From the NCBI GenBank assembly GCA_934119955.1, contig CAKOSZ010000007.1:5192-69191 (forward strand): a stretch of 64,000 nt of DNA, given 5' to 3'. The notes beneath the pieces are model-generated. The model saw only the letters and a program-made list of their open reading frames with translations. It searched no databases and was not told the origin of the DNA. Of the stretch, positions 1-8,290 are shown in pieces. Position 1 is the first letter of the stretch, and each line of letters begins with the position of its first letter. The DNA comes from an uncultured Bacilli bacterium (GTDB lineage: Bacteria > Bacillota_I > Bacilli_A > RF39 > UBA660). The translations under genes and the position numbers were made by a program.

Positions 1-362
1 TTTAATTTAAAATAATCTTTGTCACTATTCATGAATTCTATTTTATTTTTAACTATTTTAGAACTACTATTAGTATTTATACAACCTTTATTATCTTGAA
101 TACTAGAATAAATTGTTTCATTATCCTTTACTATTTCAACACAAAAATCACTATTATATGATACTTTTTCAAGAGTTTCATATAGTTCATTACCACTTTG
201 TTTTTTTATTAAACTAATAGTATCATTTAATTCATTAGTTTTATAATACTCATAATACTTGTTTAACAAAATTATTTGAAATAACCAAATTAAAAATAAA
301 ATAATACAAGTAAATATACTTAAATAAATAAATATTTTTAATATTAAACTTTTACTTTTCAT
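1..362 (-). CDS. sensor histidine kinase, N-terminal fragment (runs off window start)
   Basis: Minus-strand ATG at 362-360 overlaps the response-regulator stop (ATGAAAAGTAA). My translation gives MKSKSLILKIFIYLSIFTCIILFLIWLFQ..., one TM helix followed by a hydrophilic sensor-like region, open to position 1. The call rests on operon context only; no kinase motifs are inside the window. Confidence 0.35.
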   Translation of the reverse strand, partial: MKSKSLILKIFIYLSIFTCIILFLIWLFQIILLNKYYEYYKTNELNDTISLIKKQSGNELYETLEKVSYNSDFCVEIVKDNETIYSSIQDNKGCINTNSSSKIVKNKIEFMNSDKDYFKL

Positions 363-1029
363 AAATAAACTTATATCCTATACCACGAATAGTAATAATT
401 AAATCTCGATAATTACCTAAGTTATTACGAAGTATTTTTATATGACTATCAATAGTTCTATCATCACCAAAATAATCATAACCCCATACTTTATTTAAAA
501 GTTCATCCCTAGTAATTGCTGTATTTGGATTTTTAACAAAGTAAGAAAGTAATTCAAATTCCTTAGGTGTTAAATAAACTTCTTTATCATCTATATATAA
601 TACTCTTCCTTTAAAATCTATTTTAAGTCCTTTATAAGTGAAAACATTATCATTTAAATTATTACATCTTTTTAAAATTGCTTTAATTCTAGCCATTAAT
701 TCTCGGGGTGAAAACGGTTTAGTTAAATAATCATCAATTCCGAGATCAAAACCTAATAACTTGTCATACTCATCACTTCTAGCACTAAGAATTATAGTTG
801 GAATATTTTCATGTTCCTTCATTTCTTTAAAAAAAGTATAACCATCCATTTTAGGCATCATAATATCTAATACTATTAAATTAATAGTATTATTTTCTAA
901 AACCTTTAAAGCATCAATTCCATTTTCAGCCTCATATACTTTATAATTTTCTTTTAAACAATATTCTCTAACAACATCTCTTAATAATTTTTCATCATCA
1001 ACAATTAAAATATTCATAAAAATCACCAA
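352..1029 (-). CDS. OmpR/PhoB-family two-component response regulator
   Basis: Receiver domain (MNILIVDDE...D...LSARSDE...K) plus a C-terminal winged-helix trans_reg_C domain (LTPKEFELLSYF...RIGYKF). The probable true start is the ATG at 1017 (MNILIV). Confidence 0.85.
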   Translation of the reverse strand: MVIFMNILIVDDEKLLRDVVREYCLKENYKVYEAENGIDALKVLENNTINLIVLDIMMPKMDGYTFFKEMKEHENIPTIILSARSDEYDKLLGFDLGIDDYLTKPFSPRELMARIKAILKRCNNLNDNVFTYKGLKIDFKGRVLYIDDKEVYLTPKEFELLSYFVKNPNTAITRDELLNKVWGYDYFGDDRTIDSHIKILRNNLGNYRDLIITIRGIGYKFIYEK

Positions 1030-1080
1030 GTATTATTATAACTTACTTTTATGAAATTTAAGTGAAAAACAAGAAAAAAA

Positions 1081-1437
1081 TTATTTTTCTTTCTTGTTTA
1101 TTCCAATCATACTACCAGTTGTAATAGTAACAATAACTATTAAATAATAAATAATGGTAATAAATTTAAATTTACTTATAAATAAATTACTAAGAAAAAA
1201 TATAAAAACAATAATTAAACTAAACTTTATTCCATTTAAATAACCCTTATTCTCACTATTATATCCTACATAAAAACCACTTATAATTGAACTTAATAAA
1301 ACAATAATAATTTTTAAATATTTCATAATATTGTTACTAAATATATCAAAATAATAAAAAGTATGAATAATTAATAAAAGAACAAAAAATGGGATAAAAA
1401 AGAAAAGTAATCCTTTTAATAAATATTTAATTTTCAT
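1081..1437 (-). CDS. small polytopic membrane protein (hypothetical)
   Basis: 118 aa, very hydrophobic, 3-4 predicted TM helices. Confidence 0.4.
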   Translation of the reverse strand: MKIKYLLKGLLFFFIPFFVLLLIIHTFYYFDIFSNNIMKYLKIIIVLLSSIISGFYVGYNSENKGYLNGIKFSLIIVFIFFLSNLFISKFKFITIIYYLIVIVTITTGSMIGINKKEK

Positions 1438-1546
1438 GTATCCTCCAATAAATTTTATTAATTAAATTCAAAAATATAATAAAATAATAAAAAAAACATA
1501 TATTTTAAAAGAAATATAATATATAATATTTGTAAATGGAGAATTT

Positions 1547-2140
1547 ATGAAAAATGAAATATTAAATGATATAAAAAATATTAAATCTAATTTTAAAACT
1601 AAAAATTATAAAAAAGAATTACCAAATATTTTAACAAGTATTAGGTTACTTGCACCTTTTATTTTAATACCCCTTTTTTACTATAATAAAATTACTCTTG
1701 CTATTATAATGATTGTTTTATTTTCTTTAACTGATACTTTTGATGGCTACTTTGCTCGTAAATATAATAATATTACTTTGTTTGGAGCATATTTAGATGC
1801 CTTAGTTGATAAAATATTTGCACTTACTATTATTATTTCTTTAATGATAAAAACAAGTATTAATTATAGTTTTTACTTACTTATAATAACTTGTTTTTTA
1901 GAACTATTAATTGGTACTATAAATATATATTCTTTTTTAAAAGATTTAAAACCTAGTTCAACTAAGATAGGTAAATTTAAAACTGTTATTTTATTTAGTT
2001 TTTTAAGTGTTTTATTTTTAAGTAAATTAGTTTTTATATCTTATAATGCTATTTTGATATTTAATATAGTGACAATTATTTTACAAATAATAACAATTAT
2101 ATCTTATTTTTTACAAATTAAAAAAAGAAAAAATATTTAA
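1547..2140 (+). CDS. CDP-alcohol phosphatidyltransferase (PgsA-like)
   Basis: DGYFARKYNNITLFGAYLDALVDK matches the CDP-OH-P-transferase signature D-G-x2-A-R-x8-G-x3-D-x3-D. Multi-TM. Confidence 0.7.
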   Translation: MKNEILNDIKNIKSNFKTKNYKKELPNILTSIRLLAPFILIPLFYYNKITLAIIMIVLFSLTDTFDGYFARKYNNITLFGAYLDALVDKIFALTIIISLMIKTSINYSFYLLIITCFLELLIGTINIYSFLKDLKPSSTKIGKFKTVILFSFLSVLFLSKLVFISYNAILIFNIVTIILQIITIISYFLQIKKRKNI

Positions 2141-2199
2141 AAAAGAAAAAAATGTGTTATTATATTTTTGTTTATGTATTTATGTATTAGGAGGAAAAT

Positions 2200-3495
2200 A
2201 TGAAATATTATTTAATTGGAATAAAAGGATCAGGAATGAGTGCTTTAGCATCTATTTTACATGATTTAGGAAATGTTGTAGTAGGATATGATGATAGTAG
2301 AGAAGAAAAATTTACAATGAAAGGTTTAAAAGAAAGAAATATTAAAATATATCATGATAATAGTTTTTTACCAACAAGTGATTTTTTAGTTTGTTATTCA
2401 AATGCTATAAATGAAAATCATAAAGAAATTCAAAGACTAAAAGGCTTAAATTTAGAAATGATTAAATATCAGGATTTAATAGGAAGTTTAACTAAAAAAT
2501 ATGAAACTATTTCTGTATCGGGTACCCATGGTAAAACAACAACAACATTAATGATAGCAAGTATTTTAGATGAATTCATGGGGGTTAATTACTTTGTTGG
2601 AGATGGAAGAGGACATGGAAATGTTAATAATAAAATATTAGTACTAGAATCATGTGAATATAATAAACATTTTTTAAGTTATTATCCAAAGAATTTAATT
2701 ATAACAAATATTGATTTAGAACATACTGAGTGTTACAAGGACATAGATGATATTATCTCTTGCTTTAATATATTAGCAAATAGAGCTAGTAATGTAATTT
2801 TATGTGGTGATGATTCAAATGTTTTAAAAATAAAAACTAATAATAACAGGTATTATTATGGATTTAATCCTAACAATGATTTAATTGCAACTAATTTAGA
2901 ATTAACTAGTACTTATTCAAGATTTGATGTTTATTACAAGGGTGAATACTTTGATACTTATACTTTAAAAGTATTTGGTCGTCATATGATTTTAGATAGT
3001 CTATCTTGTATAATGACTTGTATTTTATATAAAGTTGATAAAAATTTGATTAAAGAAAAACTAAATAATTTTAACGGTGCAACAAGAAGATTTAATGAAA
3101 CAATTATAAATGGTAAAATAATAATTGATGATTATGCTCATCATCCAACTGAAATAAAAACGGTTTTAGATGCTGCTAAGCAAAAATATCATGATAAAAA
3201 AATAATTGCTGTTTTTATGCCAAACACTTATTCAAGAACTAAGGACTTTTTAAATCAATTTATTGAGGTATTAAATGAATTTGATTATAGTTTTGTAACT
3301 GATATAAAATGTGATAGAGAAAATCCTGATGATTATAAAGGTATTACTAGTGATAGTATTATAGAAAAATTAAATAAAGGCGAAAAACTAACAAATCCAA
3401 AACAACTATTAAAATACCAAGATGATGTTATTTGTTTTATGAGTTGTGCTAATATAACTCCTATTATAAATGAATATAAGACTCTACTAAAATAA
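2200..3495 (+). CDS. murC: UDP-N-acetylmuramate--L-alanine ligase
   Basis: N-terminal GIKGSGMSALA Mur-ligase nucleotide fold, GTHGKTTTT P-loop and DDYAHHP motif. 431 aa. RBS AGGAGG upstream. Confidence 0.85.
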   Translation: MKYYLIGIKGSGMSALASILHDLGNVVVGYDDSREEKFTMKGLKERNIKIYHDNSFLPTSDFLVCYSNAINENHKEIQRLKGLNLEMIKYQDLIGSLTKKYETISVSGTHGKTTTTLMIASILDEFMGVNYFVGDGRGHGNVNNKILVLESCEYNKHFLSYYPKNLIITNIDLEHTECYKDIDDIISCFNILANRASNVILCGDDSNVLKIKTNNNRYYYGFNPNNDLIATNLELTSTYSRFDVYYKGEYFDTYTLKVFGRHMILDSLSCIMTCILYKVDKNLIKEKLNNFNGATRRFNETIINGKIIIDDYAHHPTEIKTVLDAAKQKYHDKKIIAVFMPNTYSRTKDFLNQFIEVLNEFDYSFVTDIKCDRENPDDYKGITSDSIIEKLNKGEKLTNPKQLLKYQDDVICFMSCANITPIINEYKTLLK

Positions 3496-3524
3496 ATATT
3501 TTCATATAATATCATGGTGGTTAA

Positions 3525-3983
3525 ATGAAAATAGAACTAACAAATGAGAAAATAGTAGTATATTTAAATAATTATTATTTTAATACTAGTGATAAAGATA
3601 AATTAATTCGTGAAATAAAAGATTTATTTATTAAATTAATTAAAATTTATAAATTGTCGTTTAGTGGAATATATAAAGTTAATTTATATGAAAATAAACT
3701 TTATGGAAGTATTTTAGAAATAATTAAACAAGAAGAATTATTATTTTCAAGTGATTTAATAGATATAAAAGTAAGTGTTAAAAAAAATAATGATATTTAT
3801 TTAAAAACTAGTGATTACTTTGTTTTTGAAGATTATCAAAATATATATTATAAAGATAATAATTATTATTTAAATATTTTAGATACTTCTAATTATTTAA
3901 AATTAATAGAATTTTGTAAAATAGTTTACAATATAGAAAAAAGTGATTTAAAACCACTTGCTAAAATGAAAAATATTTGCTAA
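3525..3983 (+). CDS. hypothetical protein
   Basis: 152-aa ORF with an RBS-like GGTGG upstream. No recognisable motif. Confidence 0.4.
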   Translation: MKIELTNEKIVVYLNNYYFNTSDKDKLIREIKDLFIKLIKIYKLSFSGIYKVNLYENKLYGSILEIIKQEELLFSSDLIDIKVSVKKNNDIYLKTSDYFVFEDYQNIYYKDNNYYLNILDTSNYLKLIEFCKIVYNIEKSDLKPLAKMKNIC

Positions 3984-4030
3984 AATTAAAGGGTAAAAAG
4001 GATAGAAAGAAAGGATAGGATGAAACTATT

Positions 4031-4792
4031 TCATATACTATCTTTTTTTAAATATTCATATATTATTCTTGTAACTAAGTATTTTTGTTCAAGATATGAG
4101 AAATGATAACAATTATTTAATTTAATTAAAGTAGAATTCTTAATTAATTTATTAATTAAAATACCATCATTTAAAGGAGTTATGTTATCTAATGTTCCCC
4201 AAAGTATTAAAGTTTCTTGTTTGATACTTTTATAATTATTTTTTAAATCAACTTTTATGATATTTTGAAAAGTTTTTTTTATATTTGGATTTAAATCTTT
4301 ATAGTCGTTTGAAGCGAATAAATTAAAGAGAAAATCCAGGTATTTCTTTTTTAGAGATTTTGGGAGTAAATATTTTAGTAATTTTAACGTTTTATATAGT
4401 CTGGTTTTTAAAATAATTTTTAAGTTTATTCTTTTAATACCAGCAACACTTATTAATAATAATTTTTTAACCTTTATTTCTTTAACGAGTAAACTTGTTA
4501 TTCTTCCTCCAAAGGAATGAGCAATTATAATTGGGTTTTTAATTTTTAATTTTTTTATAAATTTAATTATTAATTCTTTGTAGTCATATATAGTTAAATC
4601 TTTATCAGGAAACTTTGAATTACCAAAACCAGGATAATCCATTATATAGATAGTAAAATAATCTTTTAAATAATTAATTAGGTAGTAAAATGTTTTTCTA
4701 TTATCTCCCCAACCAGGTAGAATAATTATTTCTTGTTTTTTGTTTCCATGTTTTTCATAGTAAAGATTGATGTCATTTAGTTTTATATACAT
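4031..4792 (-). CDS. alpha/beta-fold hydrolase
   Basis: Nucleophile-elbow motif G-x-S-x-G (IIIAHSFGGRITS) and a GWGDN oxyanion region. 253 aa. Confidence 0.7.
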   Translation of the reverse strand: MYIKLNDINLYYEKHGNKKQEIIILPGWGDNRKTFYYLINYLKDYFTIYIMDYPGFGNSKFPDKDLTIYDYKELIIKFIKKLKIKNPIIIAHSFGGRITSLLVKEIKVKKLLLISVAGIKRINLKIILKTRLYKTLKLLKYLLPKSLKKKYLDFLFNLFASNDYKDLNPNIKKTFQNIIKVDLKNNYKSIKQETLILWGTLDNITPLNDGILINKLIKNSTLIKLNNCYHFSYLEQKYLVTRIIYEYLKKDSI

Positions 4793-4919
4793 ATTTTCAC
4801 CAATATAGTATATGCTTTTAAAAATTATTTGAAAATATATATTAATTATTGTTTAAGTGTAGTGTATGTGGTATATTATAATAAGTAATAATATACAATA
4901 AGGAGTATAGAGGTTGAGT

Positions 4920-5429
4920 ATGAAGGATACAAGAAAAGATAAATTTTATAAATTAGTTTTAATATTTTTAGTAGGATCATTAGCAGGGTTTTTATATGAA
5001 GAAATATTTTATTTAATAACTGATCATAAATTGTATTATCAAGGATTTTTATATGGACCATATTTACCTATTTATGGGTGGGGTTCTTTGTTATTACTTA
5101 GTTTAAAGAAATTTAAGAAAAATCCTGTTTTAGTATTTTTATTTGCTATTTTAATAACTGGTGTTTTAGAGTATTTTAGTGGTTATTTTATGTTTAAGAT
5201 ATTTAATAAAAGATGGTGGGATTATACAGGGTTATTTTTAAATATAGATGGATATGTGTGTTTAAGATCGGTTTTAACTTTTTCAGTAGGGGCGATTATT
5301 TTAATATATTGGTTAGAACCAATTATATCTAATTTTTGCATTAAAAATAAATTTAGTAAAAAGGTGGCAATTTCTTTTTTAGTAATTTATTTAATTGATA
5401 ATATATTAACTTTTACTTTACGTTATTGA
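4920..5429 (+). CDS. polytopic membrane protein (hypothetical)
   Basis: 4-5 TM helices. The ATG at 4920 is preceded by AGGAG...GAGG; the ORF track's start at 4914 is a TTG. Confidence 0.45.
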   Translation: MKDTRKDKFYKLVLIFLVGSLAGFLYEEIFYLITDHKLYYQGFLYGPYLPIYGWGSLLLLSLKKFKKNPVLVFLFAILITGVLEYFSGYFMFKIFNKRWWDYTGLFLNIDGYVCLRSVLTFSVGAIILIYWLEPIISNFCIKNKFSKKVAISFLVIYLIDNILTFTLRY

Positions 5430-5476
5430 CAACTTAATAAAAAAAATATAAGATAAATTAACCAGAGAGGTATTAT

Positions 5477-6280
5477 ATGGATAATGATGAAATAATTAAA
5501 AGTATAACTAAAAAGTATAAAAAAGAAATATGGTCAAGATTTAATAAAGCAATTAAAGAGTTTTCTTTAATAGATGAAAATGATAAGATAATGGTTTGTA
5601 TTAGTGGGGGAAAAGACTCAATGTTACTTGCTAAATGTTTAGAGGAGTTAAAACGTCATAGTTATTATAAGTTTAATTTAGAATATGTTGTAATGAATCC
5701 AGGATATAAAAAAGAAAATCTTGACTTATTAAAGAAAAATTTAAAAAAATTAAACATTAATGCTCATATATTTGATAGTGATATATTTTCAGTTTGTGAT
5801 AAAGTATCTAAGGATAATCCGTGTTATTTATGTGCTAGGATGAGAAGGGGATTTTTATATAGCAAGGCCAAAGAACTTGGTTGTAATAAAATAGCCTTAG
5901 GTCATCATTTTGATGATGTTATTGAAACAATTTTATTAAATGTTTTATATGCTGGGGAATATAAGGCAATGATGCCAAAACTTAAATCTACTAATTTTGA
6001 AGGATTAGAACTTATACGACCATTTTATTATGTTCACGAAAGTGATATTAAGTCTTGGGTAAATTATATAGGATTACATTTTTTAAATTGTGCTTGTTCA
6101 GTTACTGATGGAAGTGTTAGCAGTAAAAGAAAAGAAGTTAAGGAATTAATAAGTAATTTGAAGAAAAATAATAAAAATGTTGATATTAATATATTAAGAA
6201 GTAGTTATAATGTTAATTTAGATGCGGTTGTTGGCTTCAAAGAAAATGGTAAAACTGGTAGTTTTTTAGATAAATATTAG
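5477..6280 (+). CDS. PP-loop ATPase, tRNA 2-thiocytidine synthase (TtcA)-like
   Basis: SGGKDS PP-loop (VCISGGKDSM) and CxxC...C cysteine motifs (CYLCARMRRG, LNCACS). Confidence 0.65.
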   Translation: MDNDEIIKSITKKYKKEIWSRFNKAIKEFSLIDENDKIMVCISGGKDSMLLAKCLEELKRHSYYKFNLEYVVMNPGYKKENLDLLKKNLKKLNINAHIFDSDIFSVCDKVSKDNPCYLCARMRRGFLYSKAKELGCNKIALGHHFDDVIETILLNVLYAGEYKAMMPKLKSTNFEGLELIRPFYYVHESDIKSWVNYIGLHFLNCACSVTDGSVSSKRKEVKELISNLKKNNKNVDINILRSSYNVNLDAVVGFKENGKTGSFLDKY

Positions 6281-6374
6281 AAAAAATCTGTAAAAATTTA
6301 AAAAAATGATGTTTTTTTCTTGATTAGTTTTCTATTTTTTGGTAGAATAAATTTGATTTAGTTGTGAGGTAACT

Positions 6375-6722
6375 ATGAGTAAATATTATAAGAATGAGAT
6401 TGTTGAGGGTTGTGTAACAGGAATTGAAAAGTATGGAATTTTTGTAACTCTTGATGAATATTATAGTGGCCTTATTCATATATCTGAAATATCTGATAGT
6501 TTTGTTCGAGATATTAATAAATATGTTAATATTGGAGAAACTATTAAGGTTAGGGTTTTAGATACTGATGATGATTCTTTTCATGTTAAGTTAAGTATTA
6601 AGAATATTGATTATAGAATTATTAATAAACGTGATGCTATAAAAGAGACTGAAAAGGGTTTTACAACTTTAAATCGTGAACTACAAAAATGGATAGGTTT
6701 AAAAGAAAGTAAAAAAAACTAA
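6375..6722 (+). CDS. S1-domain RNA-binding protein
   Basis: EGCVTGIEKYGIFVTLD...GLIHISEIS...GETIKVRVLD is a typical S1 OB-fold. Confidence 0.7.
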   Translation: MSKYYKNEIVEGCVTGIEKYGIFVTLDEYYSGLIHISEISDSFVRDINKYVNIGETIKVRVLDTDDDSFHVKLSIKNIDYRIINKRDAIKETEKGFTTLNRELQKWIGLKESKKN

Positions 6723-6741
6723 AAAATTTGTAAATATTTAT

Positions 6742-6770
6742 TGACAATAAACTAATTAAATGTTATAGTT
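6742..6770 (+). promoter_or_regulatory. sigma-A promoter of the tRNA operon
   Basis: TTGACA, a 17-nt spacer, then TGT-TATAGT (extended -10), about 19 nt upstream of the first tRNA. Confidence 0.6.
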
Positions 6771-6788
6771 AATAACGTTGCCGGTAAT

Positions 6789-6865
6789 GGGCGATTAGCT
6801 CAGTTGGTTAGAGCACCTGCCTTACAAGCAGGGGGTCATAGGTTCGAGTCCTATATCGCCCACCA
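6789..6865 (+). tRNA. tRNA-Val(UAC)
   Basis: Hand-folded cloverleaf: acceptor GGGCGAT/ATCGCCC, anticodon loop CTTACAA, encoded CCA. Confidence 0.85.
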
Positions 6866-6873
6866 TTATTAAT

Positions 6874-6949
6874 GCCGAAATAGCTCAATTGGTAGAGCAA
6901 TTGATTTGTAATCAATAGGTTACGGGTTCGATTCCTGTTTTCGGCACCA
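6874..6949 (+). tRNA. tRNA-Thr(UGU)
   Basis: Acceptor GCCGAAA/TTTCGGC, anticodon stem ATTGA/TCAAT with loop TTTGTAA, CCA. Confidence 0.85.
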
Positions 6950-6953
6950 TGAT

Positions 6954-7037
6954 GGAGAGATAGCGAAGTGGCTAAACGCGACAGACTGTAAATCTGTTCC
7001 TTCGGGTTCGATGGTTCGAATCCATCTCTCTCCACCA
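6954..7037 (+). tRNA. tRNA-Tyr(GUA)
   Basis: Type II tRNA: acceptor GGAGAGA/TCTCTCC, anticodon loop CTGTAAA, long variable arm, CCA. Confidence 0.85.
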
Positions 7038-7043
7038 CGTTAT

Positions 7044-7118
7044 TGCCTCGTAGCCAAGTGGTAAGGCACGAGACTTTGACTCTCGCATGCGCTAGTTCGA
7101 ATCTAGCCGAGGCAACCA
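7044..7118 (+). tRNA. tRNA-Gln(UUG)
   Basis: U1:A72 acceptor TGCCTCG/CGAGGCA, anticodon loop CTTTGAC, CCA. Confidence 0.8.
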
Positions 7119-7130
7119 TTTTTGTATTAT

Positions 7131-7206
7131 GTCCCGTTAGCTCAGTAGGTAGAGCATTTGACTTTTAATCAAAGGGTCGTGAGTTCGAATCTCGCACGGG
7201 ACACCA
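7131..7206 (+). tRNA. tRNA-Lys(UUU)
   Basis: Acceptor GTCCCGT/ACGGGAC, anticodon loop CTTTTAA, CCA. Confidence 0.85.
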
Positions 7207-7215
7207 TTTATTTGT

Positions 7216-7662
7216 GCCTGAGTGGCGGAATAGGTAGACGCACAGGACTTAGAGCCAAAAAGGCTTTGAGCACTAGTGTTGGAAACACGCTAAGTGAATT
7301 TGCTCAAATTCGGGGAAACCTTCCAGATAACGCTGATGGCAATCCCGAGCCAAGATTTACGGAGGTAGTTGTTGGATTTTTCAAGTTGTATTAGCATTAT
7401 ACGTTTAAGTAAGTGTTTTATTGTTAAGATAGTCATTTGAAAAATTTGTTGCTATTATGTCCAAATTGTCATGCTATGACTGTTGGATATAAAAATCGTA
7501 AATAAGGTGTAGAGACTTAATGGGCAATACCTAAGGATTTATAATCTATGGTAAAGAGAAAGTCCGGACTACAAACACTTTTGTGGTAGTGAAAACTATG
7601 GTAGTAAGAAAATCCTGCGAGCATCAAAACTCGTGTCGGTTCAAGTCCGACCTTAGGCACCA
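7216..7662 (+). tRNA. tRNA-Leu(UAA), interrupted by a group I intron (exons 7216-7250 and 7609-7662)
   Basis: 5' exon GCCTGAGTGGCGGAATAGGTAGACGCACAGGACTT. 3' exon AAAATCCTG + variable arm CGAGCATCAAAACTCG + T-arm GTCGGTTCAAGTCCGAC + CTTAGGC-A-CCA. The joined anticodon loop is CTT|AAAA, giving anticodon UAA. Confidence 0.85.
7251..7608 (+). ncRNA. group I self-splicing intron (trnL-UAA type) at anticodon position U34|A35
   Basis: P1 pairing CTT|AGAGCC with GGCTTTGAG places a U.G wobble at the 5' splice site, and the terminal nucleotide is G. AATTCGGGGAAACC (P) and AATCCCGAGCC (Q) form P4. GGCAATCCCGAGCCAAG nearly matches the plastid/cyanobacterial trnL-intron motif GGCAATCCTGAGCCAA as I recall it. 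The 3' end TATGGTAGTAAG|AAAATCC resembles plastid TATAGTAAGAGG|AAAATCC. Confidence 0.8.
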
Positions 7663-7671
7663 TTTTTTATT

Positions 7672-7764
7672 GGAGGAATACCCAAGTCCGGTTGAAGGGA
7701 TCGGTCTTGAAAACCGAGAGGTCGTGCAAGCGGCGCAGGGGTTCGAATCCCTTTTCCTCCGCCA
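7672..7764 (+). tRNA. tRNA-Ser(UGA)
   Basis: Type II tRNA: acceptor GGAGGAA/TTCCTCC, anticodon loop CTTGAAA, long variable arm, CCA. Confidence 0.85.
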
Positions 7765-7781
7765 ATATATATTTTATTTAT

Positions 7782-7858
<77 letters not shown>

Positions 7859-7862
7859 ATTT

Positions 7863-7938
7863 GGTCTCGTAGTGCAGTGGTTACCACGTCTGCCTGTCAC
7901 GCAGAAGATCGCGGGTTCAATCCCCGTCGAGACCGCCA
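7863..7938 (+). tRNA. tRNA-Asp(GUC)
   Basis: Acceptor GGTCTCG/CGAGACC, anticodon loop CTGTCAC, CCA. Confidence 0.85.
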
Positions 7939-7946
7939 TTTTTTTT

Positions 7947-8022
7947 GGCTCTGTAGCTCAGTCGGTAGAGCAAGGGACTGAAAATCCCTGTGTCGGTGGT
8001 TCGATTCCACTCGGAGCCACCA
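7947..8022 (+). tRNA. tRNA-Phe(GAA)
   Basis: Acceptor GGCTCTG/CGGAGCC, anticodon loop CTGAAAA, CCA. Confidence 0.85.
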
Positions 8023-8038
8023 TTTATTTTTAGTTTTT

Positions 8039-8115
8039 GCGCTCATAGCTCAATTGGATAGAGCGTTTGGCTACGGACCAAAAGGTTATGGGTTCGACTC
8101 CTATTGGGCGCACCA
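8039..8115 (+). tRNA. tRNA-Arg(ACG)
   Basis: Acceptor GCGCTCA/TGGGCGC, anticodon stem TTTGG/CCAAA with loop CTACGGA, CCA. Confidence 0.8.
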
Positions 8116-8126
8116 TTTTATAAGTT

Positions 8127-8203
8127 CGGGAAGTGGCTCAATTTGGTAGAGCACTTGGTTTGGGACCAAGGGGTTGCAGGTTCAAATCCTGTCTTCCCGA
8201 CCA
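8127..8203 (+). tRNA. tRNA-Pro(UGG)
   Basis: Acceptor CGGGAAG/CTTCCCG, anticodon loop TTTGGGA, CCA. Confidence 0.85.
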
Positions 8204-8216
8204 TTTTATGTTAGAT

Positions 8217-8240
8217 ACAGTCAAATGACTGTTTTTTTAT
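8217..8240 (+). terminator. rho-independent terminator of the tRNA operon
   Basis: Hairpin ACAGTCA-AA-TGACTGT followed by TTTTTTT. Confidence 0.7.
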
Positions 8241-8290
8241 TTTCTTTTGTTAGAAATTTTTGTATAATATCTTTGTTAGGAAGTGATTAA

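Noticed and set aside
3333-3515. Short antisense or overlapping ORFs from the six-frame track: 3333-3515(-), 4876-5061(-), 9025-9246(-), 10479-10733(-), 11766-12200(-), 18263-18463(-), 20093-20509(-), 20591-20875(-), 25452-25682(-), 26619-26861(-), 26979-27266(-), 27194-27385(-), 27662-27859(-), 28835-29029(+), 29675-29875(-), 31437-31700(-), 32926-33120(-), 37338-37520(-), 41340-41567(-), 46213-46617(-), 52507-52692(-), 54564-54770(-), 55054-55236(-), 58132-58404(-), 61306-61491(-), 61534-61833(-).
   Set aside because: All are embedded in or antisense to much longer, motif-supported CDSs. They have no RBS and low-complexity composition typical of AT-rich antisense frames.
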